NCBI GenBank assembly: GCA_013239625.1
Contig: MU053652.1
Coordinates: 434,001-498,000, forward strand
Length of the DNA: 64,000 nucleotides
From: Lama guanicoe
Lineage: Eukaryota
Direction of reading: 5' to 3'
Shown: piece by piece, positions 1 through 13,710 of the stretch
How the letters are laid out: each line of letters begins with the position of its first letter
How positions within the stretch are numbered: the stretch's first letter is position 1
Notes under the pieces: generated by a model
Databases searched by the model: none
What the model was told of the DNA's origin: nothing
Seen by the model: only the letters and a program-made list of their open reading frames with translations
Program-made: the position numbers and the translations under genes

Positions 1-680
1 CTTCCATGGACGACTGCAGCAGTCTCCTGACGGGTGTCTCTGCCTCATGCCTGGCCCCTACCTTAACTCAATCCTCCACAGTTAGCTAATTAAATATGAG
101 TTAGATACACAGCATTATTTATCTAAGACACAACATTTGACTATGTTAACTTCTTGTAAAAATAACATCAATGTTTCCAGTTGCTTATATGATGAAGCCT
201 CTTAGTAAGGCTTTCCATCATTTGTGGGTTCTGCCCAACACTCAGTTTTTTTCCATCTTTCACCACTTTTTCCTTCCTCTCCAACTATCCCCTCCCCAAT
301 CTTGCCCTCTGAGCCACCCTACTTTGAAAGCAAATTCCCTAAATCCTAAAACATATTATGCCGTTTTAGGATTCTATACCTTTGATGACTTATATTCCTC
401 TTTCTAAACAATTCATGCTTTCTGGCTCAGAAAGTCTTTCCTGATTCTCCAGGCAGGGTCACCGGTTCCTCTGGACGTTTTTCACGCAGTTCTATTATCA
501 TATTCAATTGACATGATCTTTTTATCCATATGTCTTCCTACCAGATCATTAACTCCTTCAAGGAAAGAATTATGTATATACATACATTTATATTTATAAA
601 TATATACATATTTCCCATTTCCCACTTTCAGGGCCAGCAGAATAACGAGATATAATAGGAGCTCAATCAATGCTTTTTAA
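1..680 (+). mobile_element. L2 LINE 3' fragment, degraded
   Basis: 'ctgcagcagtctcctgacgggtgtctctgcctc' and terminal 'ataggagctcaatcaatgc' resemble the L2 3' consensus. Confidence 0.6.
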
Positions 681-1097
681 AGCAGAACAAATTATTTAAT
701 TGACCAATATAACATGACAAATAATTCACATAATACCATATTGATGGTCAGGCAAGAGAAGGAACGACATGCCATTTACAACTATAACTTTTGCTTTAGT
801 TTCTTGAGTATACTTTAGCGACAGAGTGGGGAGAGGGAAGCAGTTTCTTAGAGCTGGTTCCCTGGGCTCTCTAAGAATCTTGCAGTACAGCTTAAAGCAA
901 TTCTGGCCAATCCCTACAGACTAAGCACTTTTTCCATAAACTGTATTGCCTTTAGAAATCACTTTAATTTCATGAGTCTACCTTCCTGCAGCCGAGACCT
1001 GGGGAGTTTGTTTTCCATTGACATAAAACCCCTGGCATATCGAATACTCAGCATCTCTCAAGGAAAGCCATATACTAACTGTCACGGAGAAGCAATC

Positions 1098-1198
1098 AGC
1101 CCAAGACATTAGGATGTCTCAAGTGGTTCCACATCCTAATATTAACCAGACTGAAATTTGTTTAGGTCTTAAAATTAGTCAAAATTGGACTCATTCAG
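1098..1198 (-). pseudogene. Highly diverged 5S rRNA-derived sequence (5S pseudogene or 5S-headed SINE remnant)
   Basis: Manual ungapped alignment to the reverse complement of recalled human 5S rRNA gives about 60/101 identities, mostly C>T/G>A mismatches (e.g. catcctaatattaaccag vs CATCCAAGTACTAACCAG). Confidence 0.65.
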
Positions 1199-1569
1199 AC
1201 CCAGAAGAGCATCTGTTTTCAAGGATGCAGCTGCTATACTTTCCATGGCAACTTACTGTGACTTCTATAATTGATTCATATGAGGATGTCCTTGTGCATC
1301 TGCAATATTATCTAAAATTGTTCCAATATTAGCTTAGACTAGTATCAGCTGTCATGAAAGTGATAAATTGAAGAGGGGAAGATGGTTATCATGGCAGGAA
1401 AAAAAAGGTTAACTCTGAATTCAAGCTTTTTCAAAGATGGAAAAAGACAAGGAAGAATGATCTCCTGAGACTTTTCTCGCTGGAAAACATTTTAGAAGAT
1501 CAAATTTTGGTATAACCATTATTTCTGCCTCTTCTTCCTTTTTGTACAGAGAAATGACAGACACCACAT

Positions 1570-1710
1570 AATGATCTCTGCTTGAACCTGGGATAAAATT
1601 CTTTCATTTCCAATTTTCAGTTTTCCTATTTAGAAAATTGTAGTAATAGGACCTTCCTAACCACTAGAGCAATGTGTTATTAGGTTTTGCAAATAATTTT
1701 GAGATCCTCT
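1570..1710 (+). mobile_element. MIR/MIR3 fragment
   Basis: 'ttttcagttttcctatttagaaaattgtagtaatagg' matches the MIR core. Confidence 0.5.
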
Positions 1711-4700
1711 GATGCTGTTATCTGGCTGACATTATTAAAAAATAAAATTAGGGGTACTGATTAGGCCTGTGACATTCAGAACTCATGGGGCTCACAGAGT
1801 CAATGGGGGCTGTGACAGGAAAGCATCCATCTAACCTCTTTTTTTCTCCCTAAATAGCTATGGTATATGCTCCGATCATGCATGGCACCAGGGTAGGATT
1901 TAAAAGTGTCATACGCTATAATACGACAGTTCCAAGTTGGAACTCTTAATGCTTGCTAGCTCTATTCTCAGCCTTTGTAATTTCTCTGTACCACTACCCC
2001 TACTTTTTACTCATCCCCTTAAATTATTTGCAGAATATGCACGCTAACCTTCCTCTACTCCAGTGCTTTGTACACAGGAGGTACTTCATAAGTCTTCTTG
2101 AATTATTTCTCTATTTATGAAATCTACTGGCTTCTGGAATGGACAGGTGACCTTCACATGGTCAAGAATCTACTGTCTTATTAGCATCTAATTTTAATTT
2201 TCTTAGGATAGAGGTGTCCTTCCTTCCTATCTAAGCCAATTACTCCAAGTTAACATTTCATGGTGACTCTTCTGATCCCTCTTTCTCTTTCCTGAAACAC
2301 ATTTTTAGCAGCCAGCTACTCTTTGCCAACAGTCCTAGCTTTAGCCCCTATTATCAAATCATTTATTTTTGTCACTTTTCCCCACCCTCCTAATAATCTA
2401 GAATGCAGTTTTAAGTTCTTTTCTACATAAGGATGAGGCTTATCTAAGAAACGTGTTTAGTAGGTCCTCTCCATTTTGCTTCCTATTTCAGAAGTAATGG
2501 TTCTTCTGTCCCCAGATAATAACCACCTCTTTTCAGTCTCAAATACTTGAGAAATTTTCCGTTTAAAGTAGCAAAATCAATTGATTTTGAAAACCAAAAT
2601 GCTGACTCAGATTGTTCCTTGACCTACAGAATTCTGATTGCAAAGGGTGGGGAAATACTGAGCATGATACAGATCAGATCCTGTATGTACATGATGCACA
2701 TGTGTGTAACCTGTTCTGGAAATACAGCCCACTCTATGAGACACAACACCCAATCCTTTTACACCTAATAGCTAGGTGTGACAACAACACCAAGCCTTTT
2801 CACTGCTGCCTCTGGAGGGATTTCTCTTTTGTACACTCTTACAGGGGAAGAAGGGAAAATGGAAGACATTTAAAAAAAACTAGAGCAGGGAAAAGTAGAA
2901 AAAATTTATTATTAGGAAGGAAAAAGGAGTTAAGAATAGGAGCAATTAAGGACGAGGGGAAGGTGTCTTACTTATACTGCTTTTCTGGGTCTAACTGCCT
3001 AATTGATAGTAAATTTATGGTCAAAAAAAAGTTTCCAGTGGGCACAGGAGGCAAAGACCTACTTTCTTCTCTGTGGTACCAGTTATTATTTAAATGACCA
3101 CATGTTACATCTTTTCCCACTATTACTCATAAGACTATGGGCAATATAAATCCACAGTGTTCTTAGGAACATCTCCCTCTCACTCCCTTGAAATGTCTTA
3201 TAGTAGTACCCTGACTATAGGTAGTGACTCTCTGAGGAAGAGAAGATATACCACTCACCGCCCAGCCTAATGTCTCAGATGTTCAATAACCTTTATTTGG
3301 GACTGTATAAGGCAAAAACAACAACAAAAACCCAAACCCAAACCAAAAGAAGCCAAAGACCAAACTTTTATAAAGAACTTAATTTTAAGGATGATGCTTA
3401 TGAGTAATTTTCATCTCTATGAAACCAAACTCTTTTCTGTTGCTTCCCAAAGGAGTAAAATTTATTCTGCTTTTCATCACCTCTAGAACACATTTCTTAA
3501 CAACTCAGGATCGTTTTCCTCATCTGTGCAACTCAGAGAGTTGTTGTGCGGACGAAATGGGGACTGTGGCCCCTAACACAGCACCTGCCACAAAGCTGGG
3601 GACCATCCCCTGAACTCTAGTAACTCCCCGCCTCCCTCTTCCGGCCTGCCCACATTTCATCTCCCACTGTATTTGCCTATAGAATCCCTGGTATTGAGAG
3701 ATGCATGACAACAAAGCAGTAATTTATTCCTCCTGGCATCTCTCATAGCCTACAGCTCTTCCTTACCCTCAGCAATAATGCCTATTGAATTTAATCTGCA
3801 AGTTAAGGACAAATCAAAGACTTTTATAACGTTTTTCCCCCCCATTATATCTTCATGATGCTATTAACCTAATGTCTTCCAAATAGTTCATTAGCCTGTG
3901 ACACTATTCTATTTCAGGGTAGGAAATTGAAGCTCCAGAAAGCCTGTGAGTGTTTGAAATTGAAGAATTATTCCAAATATTGACCTATATGGGGAAAACA
4001 AAGGAGATTTGTGTAAGGTCCATTGTGAAGAGCAAATCAAAAGAAAGAAGCAAAGTAGACAAGGACAGCTTATCTCCTTAGGCTACCACGGGATCAAAGG
4101 CCAATTCTGAGGCGACAGTTTACACTACACACCACACAGATCCACGGTGGGAAAAACACATCTAGTTCCTCACCAAATAGTGCTTGAAGCGAACAAGCCT
4201 AAGCAGGTCCCAGGTCCTCGGTCACAGCTGACCTCAGACCCCTACCTCCACGCAGTGCCAACCAGCACAGACACGTGGTTTTCACACCTCGGGAGTGAGA
4301 GAACAGACCTCAGTCTCTTTTTGTCCTGGGGGAAACATTAAGATTGATTTTTGTTTTATTCCAAGTAATCCTCCCTGAGGCTTGGTAAAAACCTAATCAT
4401 CTACTAAAAAAGGCATGTGGTGTGGCCAATTCAGGTCCTGCCAGATATGAAAAGAGAAACAGGTGGAAAAGCTAATGAACAGCTCCAGTCCTTCTGTTGA
4501 AAGGCACCATTGTGGAGCTATATTAGATTTCCATGGACTTCGTAAGCCTTTTGTATTTTTGTAAAACCCCACATCAAAGAGCATCTTCAAATGTTAATAA
4601 ATACTTAACCAGATATTTTAGATGAAAAAGCGACACAGATTAAAGTTTTAACAGAATTTTAGAGGCAAAAAATATAATAAGGCAAAGAGATAACATTTAT

Positions 4701-5099
4701 CCATGTGTTCAAGCAGGATCCTTCCAGCTTTGCGTTTGTAAATCTTCCAAAGAGCCTTAGGGGATGGCTTATTCACTGGGTATATTAGAAACATTAGGTC
4801 CCTTTACAAATGGTGAAACCGAACCGAACAGAAATAAAGCATGAATTCCAATATGACACAAACGAGTGCCACAAATAAAACCAGAACTAAAGGAGTTCAA
4901 ATCAAAGTCCTATATCAGGTCTCTCTTCAATTTAATTTTCTAGTTGCCTTTTTTCTTGAGTTCCCTGTCCAGGCAGCTGTATCATTCATGAATTCTGGCC
5001 AAGCTGGGAAATAATCAGCAACTTCTTGACTGACAACAGGTACACACGCTTATCTTTGTAGCCCCAGTCTACAGTGCAGCTTCTGGAACCAGCAGTTAA

Positions 5100-5330
5100 G
5101 GATCAAGTACAGTGAACAGCCAGGTACCCTCTGGAGACAGACCTAAGTTCAAATTCTGACTTCCTCATATACCATTTGGGTGAACTTCCCTAGAACAAAC
5201 TGCCCGCTTGTAAAAGGAGAATCATCATACTAACCTCAAAAGATTCTGAATATTAAGAGAGAAAATACATAAACACTCAGAATAGCATTCAGCACACAAG
5301 GGTTTACTGTATAACAATTACTATTATTGT
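5100..5330 (+). mobile_element. MIR SINE
   Basis: 'acagacctaagttcaaattctgact…tgtaaaaggagaatcatcatac…agcacacaag'. Confidence 0.65.
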
Positions 5331-6219
5331 TACATATTCAATAAAGGTGTGTTGAAGGAAAAAATAACAAAAACTCAGTATCCTTCTCCTCTATCTATAG
5401 CTTTAAGTAGGGTTGGGAACAATCAGACTAGCTTTATATATTCAATGGCAAAACCTTATGAGCTACTGTGACTGCAGAGAAAAACAGGCAGAATCCTAGC
5501 AGCACTGGTCACTCTGACCCTACCACTATGTGGACAACACGCAGACAACTGACTTATCTGCAGGACAGAGCTGACCCTGCCACCAAGCACACAGTCACCG
5601 AGACTAGCTGTGTAATTGGGGATGGCTCCCTTAGAAGCATGCTGGAAGTAAGAGAAAGAGCATGAACTTGCTAACACACACTGCAGGATTTGCAGGTATA
5701 AATCTTGTTAGAATTTCTACTCAGCGAGGACAAGAGTGGCCACTTCTCCAGGATGCGGTAAAGATAACAGTTAAGTACCTCTCCTTTAATTTTGCTTGTG
5801 TCAGATACTCCCTGTGCGCGCTAAATGGATGAACTGGTGCCACATACCTACTGACTAATGCCTTGCGAAGGTCCATAACATCCAGCCATATTTCTGTCTT
5901 TATACATTAGTAATACACAAATACTGTTCACACATTCATTCTACTCTTGTCATATAATCCCTAGGATAATTAACAGTTCACATAGATGCTTCCAGAAGCA
6001 ACTTCCCTAAAAACCAGAAGATTAATAATCTGTTTTTATGCCAATTAGGGTAAGCTACATAGAGAAGCAATCATTTATATATCAGGAGATTTATAAAATC
6101 CCAGGATATGGCCTCAAAATCTAAATAATTTCATTTCCCTAAGTAATAGGATATGTGTTCTCATATTGATTATGGAACCAGAATTTTCACCTACCGCAAC
6201 ATTTCTTGTGGGTTGACTA

Positions 6220-6430
6220 TCCATGTTTAGGCTCAGAAAGTGGTGGTTAAATTCTGACTCCACCATTTATCAACTGAATAACCTTGGGCAAACTGTGAGA
6301 ACTTTGTATCGAGACAACAATTTTTCAGCCTCTTGAAGGTCACTGTAAGGATTCAATGATATAAAACACATAAAGCTTTACAACAGTGTTTAGCACATAG
6401 TAAGAGCTCAGTAAATCTAAGCTATTATTG
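6220..6430 (+). mobile_element. MIR SINE
   Basis: 'aaattctgactccaccatttat…accttgggcaa…tagcacatagtaagagctcagtaaat'. Confidence 0.7.
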
Positions 6431-7462
6431 TTGGACCTCCTGCTGGGTACCCTGGAAGAGAGAAACTGCAAGACTCATCTCCTTCCTCGTGAAAACACCC
6501 TGTAAAACACCCGAGAGCTGCGGGCTTACTGCTTTATGTGGCTAATGGGCCAAAAGGAAATGACATAGTGAGATATTAAGACATTCACACTGTGTAAGCT
6601 CCTGACATTCTGACCTTAAGATAAGGAATTGCGAAGGTCCGAGAACACTACTGAATTCAGGCAACGCTCAAATCAGTGGAGATGTGAAAGAAAATAGGAT
6701 TCAGGGTGGCAGGCTTAAATTTTCTCTTTTCATCCACAAAAGGGGTGGGAGAGAGAATGGTTTTCTTCAGAATTGCAAATTCAGTAAAAGAGGTGGCATT
6801 TCAGGCGGGCATGAGGAAGGGGTAGTTTGGTGGGACGGCAAGGAATGACACTCAGAAGCAGCTCGGGAGGAGATCAAGTGCTGTTTCTTGTATTTTGAGG
6901 GAGGAATGACAGGGATCACACTTTTCAAGAAAAGGATGTCCCTGGTGCTTGATTCTTTAGCAAAGTGAACTCGGGTGTTATCTTAGGAATTCAAAAGGGT
7001 ATTCAACAAAGCTTTGAAATTGTGTTTTTGAGAGATCAGGTCTGCCTTACTCACACAGGGCCTGAAAGGTCATATTTATATTTTGAATCATCATTTATTT
7101 CCTGGTCACAGTTTATTTCCCCTCCTGCCACAGGCACTCTGAAAAGAAGGAAGAAATCCAGAAGTGTGTGTCCATGTGCTGAAGGTAAGGGAGGAATGGT
7201 TAGGAGTCTATGTAGCCTCTGAAATTTGGACCTGAAGTGACAGATGTTGCTATTTTCACTTGAAGAGACCGAAATTGTGTAATAAATTATTTCAATATGC
7301 ACATAAAGACACTGACAAGTCAGGCCTTCTATTAAGGCTAAAACAGCTGAATCGGGCTTCTTTTGGAAAGACGTTTTTTATATTTACTACCAGAGGGGAC
7401 TTGTTATTTTATTTGCTTTCTTGGGAATATGTTCCCTTTGATATCACCCTAGATTAAATTTA

Positions 7463-7958
7463 CTGTAGAAAGGGAGATGGGAAAACACCCTGTGCCCTTG
7501 TCTGCTGTCAACTTGGCATCATCCCCAGCCCCCTTCCTGGAAACAGAGGAACTACATTTTCCAACTTCTTGCCAGCAGGGTTTGGAGTTTAGATTCTGTC
7601 AGGGAGAGGCACTCCCCAAAGATGTGGAAGGCAAAGAGAAAGGTTAGGGACTATTCTCCTCTTGCAGCGGGAGAAAGACGCTCACGCAGATGGCAGATAG
7701 GAGGCTGGTGGCCGATTCCAGGAAAGATCCTGCAACAGCTGTGTCTTCACTGCGGGCAGGTGACACCACTGGCGCATTTCCTGCAGCTCCTCATTTCCCC
7801 GCATGCCAGCAGCTAGTTTCCTTGCACTTTGCTTCCTCCCAACAGTTTTCTAACCCCTTTTAGCAATTTTTAAAACATTTAATTCCTTGTATTAAACTCC
7901 CTCTTGCTGGAAATCCCTAAAATGACTTCTGTTTTTCTGATTGAGCCTTGATGAATAA
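7463..7958 (+). mobile_element. ERVL solo LTR (LTR33/LTR16-like)
   Basis: 3' end 'ttgtattaaactccctcttgctggaaatccctaaaatgacttctgtttttctgattgagccttgatgaat' and internal 'actacattttccaacttcttgccagc' are typical of this family. Confidence 0.7.
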
Positions 7959-8974
7959 ATCTAACCTTCAACGCAAGAGATACTTCCAAGCTTTGGCCAC
8001 TCAGATGTCAGAGGACATCTGGAGCAGGAAGGAGTGGGATGAACGGTCATGAAGATGCCACCCTTTAATGGTATGTTGTCACCCCTAAGGCAAGGATTTT
8101 CCCAGTGTGCTCTCTAGCACATTCCTAATCTCCCAATCTCCATTCCCTCAGTTTTGTAGCCATCCCCTCCACCCCCATCAGAGAACCTCCATTTTCATTT
8201 GTTACATGAAGATTTGGCAGCACAAGTCTCCTGCTAAAAGAGCTGTTTGCAAACCACTGCCCTTGAAGAGGAAGGATCTGTTCACAAGCAGACAACTTCC
8301 CACCGCGCTCCAACCTCCAGGTACCACCCGAAGGAGGGATACAGGGCAAACCTTTAAATTACGGCACAACTCCTACAGAATGCAGATAAGAGGCAGGAAG
8401 AGCTAGATACATAATGGAAATAATATTTACTTGGAAACAAGTGACCAGCTTTCTTTTTATCATTTGAGTTACAGGAACTGTAAGATCATTCCTTTTTCTT
8501 TTGGATTTATTGAGTACTGAACAAATTATAAATTGCTCTCATTCTCAGTGACACATGCCAAGATTCCCTTGCAAAGTAGATTCAATTTTCTCTTTGGAAA
8601 ATGTTTCACAGGACCATTTTGCTGTCTCATTTTTCAGAAAACTGTACCATGGGCTTTTCTATTTCTTTTTTTAAAGAAATCACAGATTAAAGATATAGAC
8701 TCAACAAAGCAGACTTATTCCAGTGAGGTCACTCAGTTTGGAGCTGCTTTCAATGACTATATAAAAGCCCCAGCTTAATACTGAGGTACTTTCCAAAATA
8801 CTTCATGTTTGTGAACATGCGAAGTATGTACTAACTTCTGGGCTCCATAGTTCGGATCACCAGCCCTTTGGCAACCAGGTTAAAGGCATGAAATTTAGAA
8901 GAAACCATCTAGGTATTGACCCAGAAAGGTTTAGATCTCTTAGTTCTAAGCTTATTCATTAGCTCCCCCACCCC

Positions 8975-9735
8975 TTTTTTTGATGTATAGTTGATTTACA
9001 ATGTTGTGTTAATTTCTCATATACAGCATAGTGATTCATTTATACATATGTATATATATTCCTTTTCACATTCTTTGTCATTATAGGCTGTTACAAGGTA
9101 TTGAACATAGTTCCCTGTGCATATAGTAGGACCCTGTTGTTTATCTGTTTTATATAAATTATTTAGTATTTGCAAATCCCAAACTCCCAATTTATCCATC
9201 CTCATTCCCTTCCTCCCCAGTAATCATAAGTTTGTTTTCTGTATCTGTGAGTCTGTTTCTGTTTTGTCAGTAAGTTCATTTGTGCCTTTTAAAAGATATT
9301 CCACATATATGTGATACGATATGGTATTTTTCTTTCACTTTCTGGCTTACTTCACTTAGTAGGACAATTTCCAGGTCCATCTATGTTGCTGCAAATGGCA
9401 TTATTTTACTTTTTTATGGCTGAGTAGTATTGCATTATATATATACCACAACTTCCTTGTTCAGTCATCTGTCAATGGACCTTTAGGTTGTTTCCATGAC
9501 TTGGCTATTGTAAATTGTGCTGCTATGAACATTGTGGTGCATGTGTCTTTTCAAGTTAGTTTCCTCTGGATATATGCTCAGGACTGGAATTGCTGGATCA
9601 TAGGGTAAGTCTATTTTCAGTTTTTAAGGAATCTCCATACTGTTTTTCATAATGGCTACACCAAACTACACTACCACTAACAGTGTAGGAGGGTTCCCTT
9701 TTCTCCACAGCCTCTTTAGCATTTATCGTTTGAGA
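8975..9735 (-). mobile_element. L1 3' end (artiodactyl/camelid type), 5'-truncated
   Basis: T-tract, then 'gtatagttgatttacaatgttgtg', 'ttctggcttacttcacttagt', 'gttgctgcaaatggcattatt'. Confidence 0.9.
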
Positions 9736-9889
9736 ACACTGGCTTTTAAAAAATGAATAATACTCTTAAATTTTTGCATCTTCCTCTGCTGGACTGATCG
9801 GAATAGAATTTTATTTTCAGAGAAATGATAAGATGATATTAGTAAATCTTGGTTTGAATGCAAGAGCTAAGTTGAAAAATATATTAATG

Positions 9890-10295
9890 TTGCAAATGAC
9901 AAACATGGATGGACTTGGAGGGTATTATGCTAAGCGAAATCAGTCAGAAAGAGAAAGACAAATACTCTATGTGAGCACCTACATGCGGAATTTAAAAAAT
10001 GAATAGTGAACATAACAAAAAAGAAACAGACCGACAGACATACAGAACAAACTAGTGGTCACCAGTGGGGAGAGGGAAGGTGGGAGGGGAAAGAGAAGGA
10101 TAGAGGATTAAGAGGTGCAAACTACTTTGTATAAAATAAATAAGCTCTGAGGATATATTGTACAACACATAGGATATAGCCAATATTTTACAATAATGAT
10201 AAATGGAGTATAATCTTTAAAAATTATGAATCACTATGTTGCATATTGAAATACATATTGTAAATCAACCACACTTCAATGAAATAGAAAGAAAA
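9890..10295 (+). mobile_element. L1 3' UTR fragment (L1MA9/L1_Art-like)
   Basis: 'acatggatggacttggagggtattatgctaagcgaaatcagtcag…' ending in an A-rich tail. Confidence 0.85.
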
Positions 10296-11044
10296 AATAT
10301 CTTCACATCTATTTGGAAAGTAAATATACACATCTGAGACTATGACAAGCCTTATCTCTGCCCACTAATGATATATGCACAGCACCCCGTTCTCTCCGTT
10401 ATAAATCCTACCCAGTCTCTTTTGGTGGCCCTTGGGCAGCTACGATGCTTTCCTTTGCCTCCTGTGAACCCATGTCGGCTCCTGGCACTTGTCACATTCT
10501 TTTCTAGGTGCTAACAATCACTTTGGTTCTCGGGGTCATTGTCAAACCTTTGCCTAGAGTTTCTAGAACTTCTCTAGCTTTCACTGCTTGAAGAATAGGA
10601 GTATCTGCTGTAATCTGGTGTTTTTTGAATCATCTTTCATGTGCTCCACATTTGCTCAAGCTCAGCACATTCCCTTCAACACCCAAGATCATGTATTTAA
10701 ACTCTTCTTTAGAAGCCAGACGCCATCTGCTGCTTTCCTCACGATTGTTTCTACCACAACTTGTCCTCTCCTTTCATTTGAAGAATAGTCCCCTTTCTAC
10801 ATAAGGCAGAAACCAAAGAGAAATAGAGTGGCCGTGCTTTCTTTTAATGACCTTCACCACTTTACCAGTCATGGGCCCATCCACTTCCTGTTTTCTGCAT
10901 CCAAACATCCTCAGCATCTCTAATGGCCAACAGGTCTTCCTGGGTTTTGCCTCCCTGACTCTTTACTCATAGTCTCACCTCACATTTTGTGTGCATGCTG
11001 TGCACTCATCTATGATTACATGTCTCTTCTTTCATTCTTATACT

Positions 11045-11171
11045 CTTCTTTTTTGGGGGGGGTGGGGAGGTAACTAGGTTTTTATTTATCTTTAATGGAG
11101 GTACTGGGGATTGAACCCTGGACTTCATGCATGCTAGCATGGGCTCTACCACTGACCTAAACACTACCCTC
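11045..11171 (-). mobile_element. Camelid tRNA-Ala-derived SINE (vic-1-like), long form
   Basis: 'ggaggtactggggattgaaccctgg…ctctaccactga'; perfect 14-bp TSD ttcattcttatact at 11031-11044 and 11172-11185. Confidence 0.9.
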
Positions 11172-11229
11172 TTCATTCTTATACTTGTCTATGTGAGTTC
11201 AGTAGAGAGCTCTTTGGATGCCGTACAAT

Positions 11230-11480
11230 AATGTGGTGGTGGAAGTACTGACTGCGGAGGCATAATGAGTAAGTTCAAATTATGGCTCCACCACTTGATA
11301 ACTTAATAGCTATGTATCCTTGGGTAAGTAATTTCACTTTTCTGGGCCTCAGCTTTTCAGTACGTAAAAAATGGAAATAATTATGGTCTCTACTTCATGG
11401 GTTATTGTTAGGATTAAGAGTGTGTGTGTCCATATTTTAAGAATACATCTCGGCATAGAGTGTGTTTGCTATATTTTTTG
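11230..11480 (+). mobile_element. MIR SINE
   Basis: 'gttcaaattatggctccacc…ccttgggtaagt…tctgggcctcagc…aaaaatgg'. Confidence 0.75.
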
Positions 11481-12929
11481 TTGAAATTACTTAACATTTA
11501 TGGTTCAGATTTTGTTGTATAATCTCCCACCCCACATCATGAACTGTATTTTTCATTCCCTTTGATAGGTTCTAACCATGGAATCACATCTATACTTTTC
11601 CCAAATGTCTGAAAATGTAGTTTACTTTCTTTGCTGTGTAAACTCTGATTTGGTAACATTTACAAACACTTATTATAATTTTTTACTTCCCCAATGAATT
11701 CTTTCTTGGTTAGGATTAAGTACAGAATATTCAGTCTCCACATTTTTTCCTCTTGAGAAGGAAAATCATCCAAAAGAACTTATAGCTCATCCTATTTTAG
11801 TTGAATTAGACTAAATTATCATCATATCTCTACTATCACCGTATCTGTGGCAACGTTATATCGAGAAAGCATCATCTATGGTCTGTATCTCACTGAGCAA
11901 CCTGTAGTACATACTTTTACATCACTTGCTTCTTTTTATGTTCATTTCACCTTTAACAGAATGTTATTTCTAACCTCTCCTTAGAGAGGTGAATTTTCAC
12001 AAGATATTTCTCACATTTTACCTATTAGCAAAGACGGTTGCTAAACAATTGTGTTTTCTTCCATATGAGAGAGAGAACTCAACATAAACTTACAGGACTT
12101 TTGACAGGGTGTTAATTTCCTTGAGCAATACATGGCCCATTTTGTACTCTGCTGGTACTTTATGTTTAAGTGCCGTATATACAGCAAAGGCATTGGTAAG
12201 TAATTGCAAAAGCAGTAGTAGAGTCAATTCCCAGTGAAATTTATACCAGATCCCATATTTTAACTTCAGTTGGTAGTGTCAACCTCTTCCTTCATTGAAC
12301 CAGTCACAAGAACTACTAAGAGGCTGAGTTACTTTAGGAGTATTCAGAAGTTTACCGCCCAGTGTGGAAAATAGCTCTGAACCCTTCTAGGTTATTTACC
12401 TTATAACAATTATAGCTATTATAAGATGCTTGTAATTCCACATGTTAACCCATCAACTGAACTGCTGTTTCACTCTATCTCCCAACATGGGGCAAATACA
12501 GGGCATTAAACAAATGACATTTGAATGAGCCCATTTTGCTACACCTAGCAGGTCTGTTACGAGGACAATGATAACAATCTAATAATAATGATCATCATCA
12601 TCTAAGATTGGATTTCTATATTATAGATCAATTACTATTAATACAAATATCTCTATAAGGAAAGAAATTTCTATGAATCAGTCAATTGAGTACATATCCT
12701 AAGGAGAATTGTATACAATAAAGTTCTAGTTCAAATAAATAATTTGGGAAGTTTCCTTTAGTTGCTTGTGTTTGGATTTAAGGGGTACTACACATCTATG
12801 ACACGTGGGAAGCGTTTCATTTTAATGAGTGTCATTTTAGCATACGGTTGTATTTGGGAGAGCTAATTGCATATCCTGGCACAAAGCTTGATACAAAGTC
12901 CACCTGGTGGTGTAGACAAGGAACTTGGG

Positions 12930-13710
12930 AAGGCCTTCAGTGCCTCTGTCCCCTGTACTCCCACATCTCATTAGGAAAGCCTGCTGATCATTCTTCTGTA
13001 ATCTCTCTGAATCCATCCTCACTGTCTCCACTGTGGCACAGTCTTTCACCATCTATCACCCATATTAAGGTAGCAGGTTTCTAACTAATCTCTTTGCCTT
13101 GGAAATTATTCCTTTCTAATTTACTCCCCTGTAGTCTTGCTAAAGAAATCATTCCAAAACCCCATGTGACCATGTCTCTGTCTAAAATCTTTCAGGAGCT
13201 TGACACTGTCTTCCAAATGAGAGCCCAAGTGGCCTACAGCTTCACTGTCTGTTGCTCCCCTACAGCAAACCTCATGTTCCAGCCCTATGGGATTACCCTG
13301 AACTCACCATATTTTCTTTCACTTCATAGCTTTTTCTCCTCCTCTCCCCTCCCCTTCTTGGTTTCTCCTCCATAAAATACCCTCCTGTCTCATCTCTGTC
13401 GGGCTAATTACTATTTATCACTTAAGACCCAGATCAGCTGGAACCCTCCCAGAAAGCCTTCTCTGATATTTATACTCCCCTTAAAAATGTATACGTCATA
13501 TATTTCCATAGTAGGCTGTGCTTACCCCAGAGTTGTGAAATCACAATATGGTATAATTACCTTCCCACCAGTTTTTTTCCATGACTCATAAAGCCTCTGG
13601 AGGCAGAGGTGGGGTTTTTATTTATTTGTGTCTCTAGGGCCCAGCACATAGCTGGGACTGGGTTATTTGTCAAATCAAGCTGTTCCACAAATATTTATTG
13701 AATAAATGTA
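12930..13710 (+). mobile_element. L2 LINE 3' region
   Basis: 'ttctaactaatctctttgcc', 'agaaagccttctctga', 'cccagcacatag', ending 'aatatttattgaataaatg'. Confidence 0.75.

Larger units (their letters stand above)
10440..12150 (-). mobile_element. CR1/L3 LINE remnant, interrupted by a SINE and a MIR
   Basis: 'ctgggttttgcctccctgact', 'atgggcccatccacttcc' and 'cttggttaggattaagtacagaata' resemble recalled L3 antisense consensus; very degraded. Confidence 0.45.

Noticed and set aside
2612..3097. 161-aa ORF, the longest in the track
   Set aside because: Non-ATG start, K/R-rich part comes from an A-rich tract, no recognisable domain.
5864..6640. Repeated 12-mer 'ttgcgaaggtcc'
   Set aside because: Only two copies about 765 bp apart with no extended similarity or element between them.
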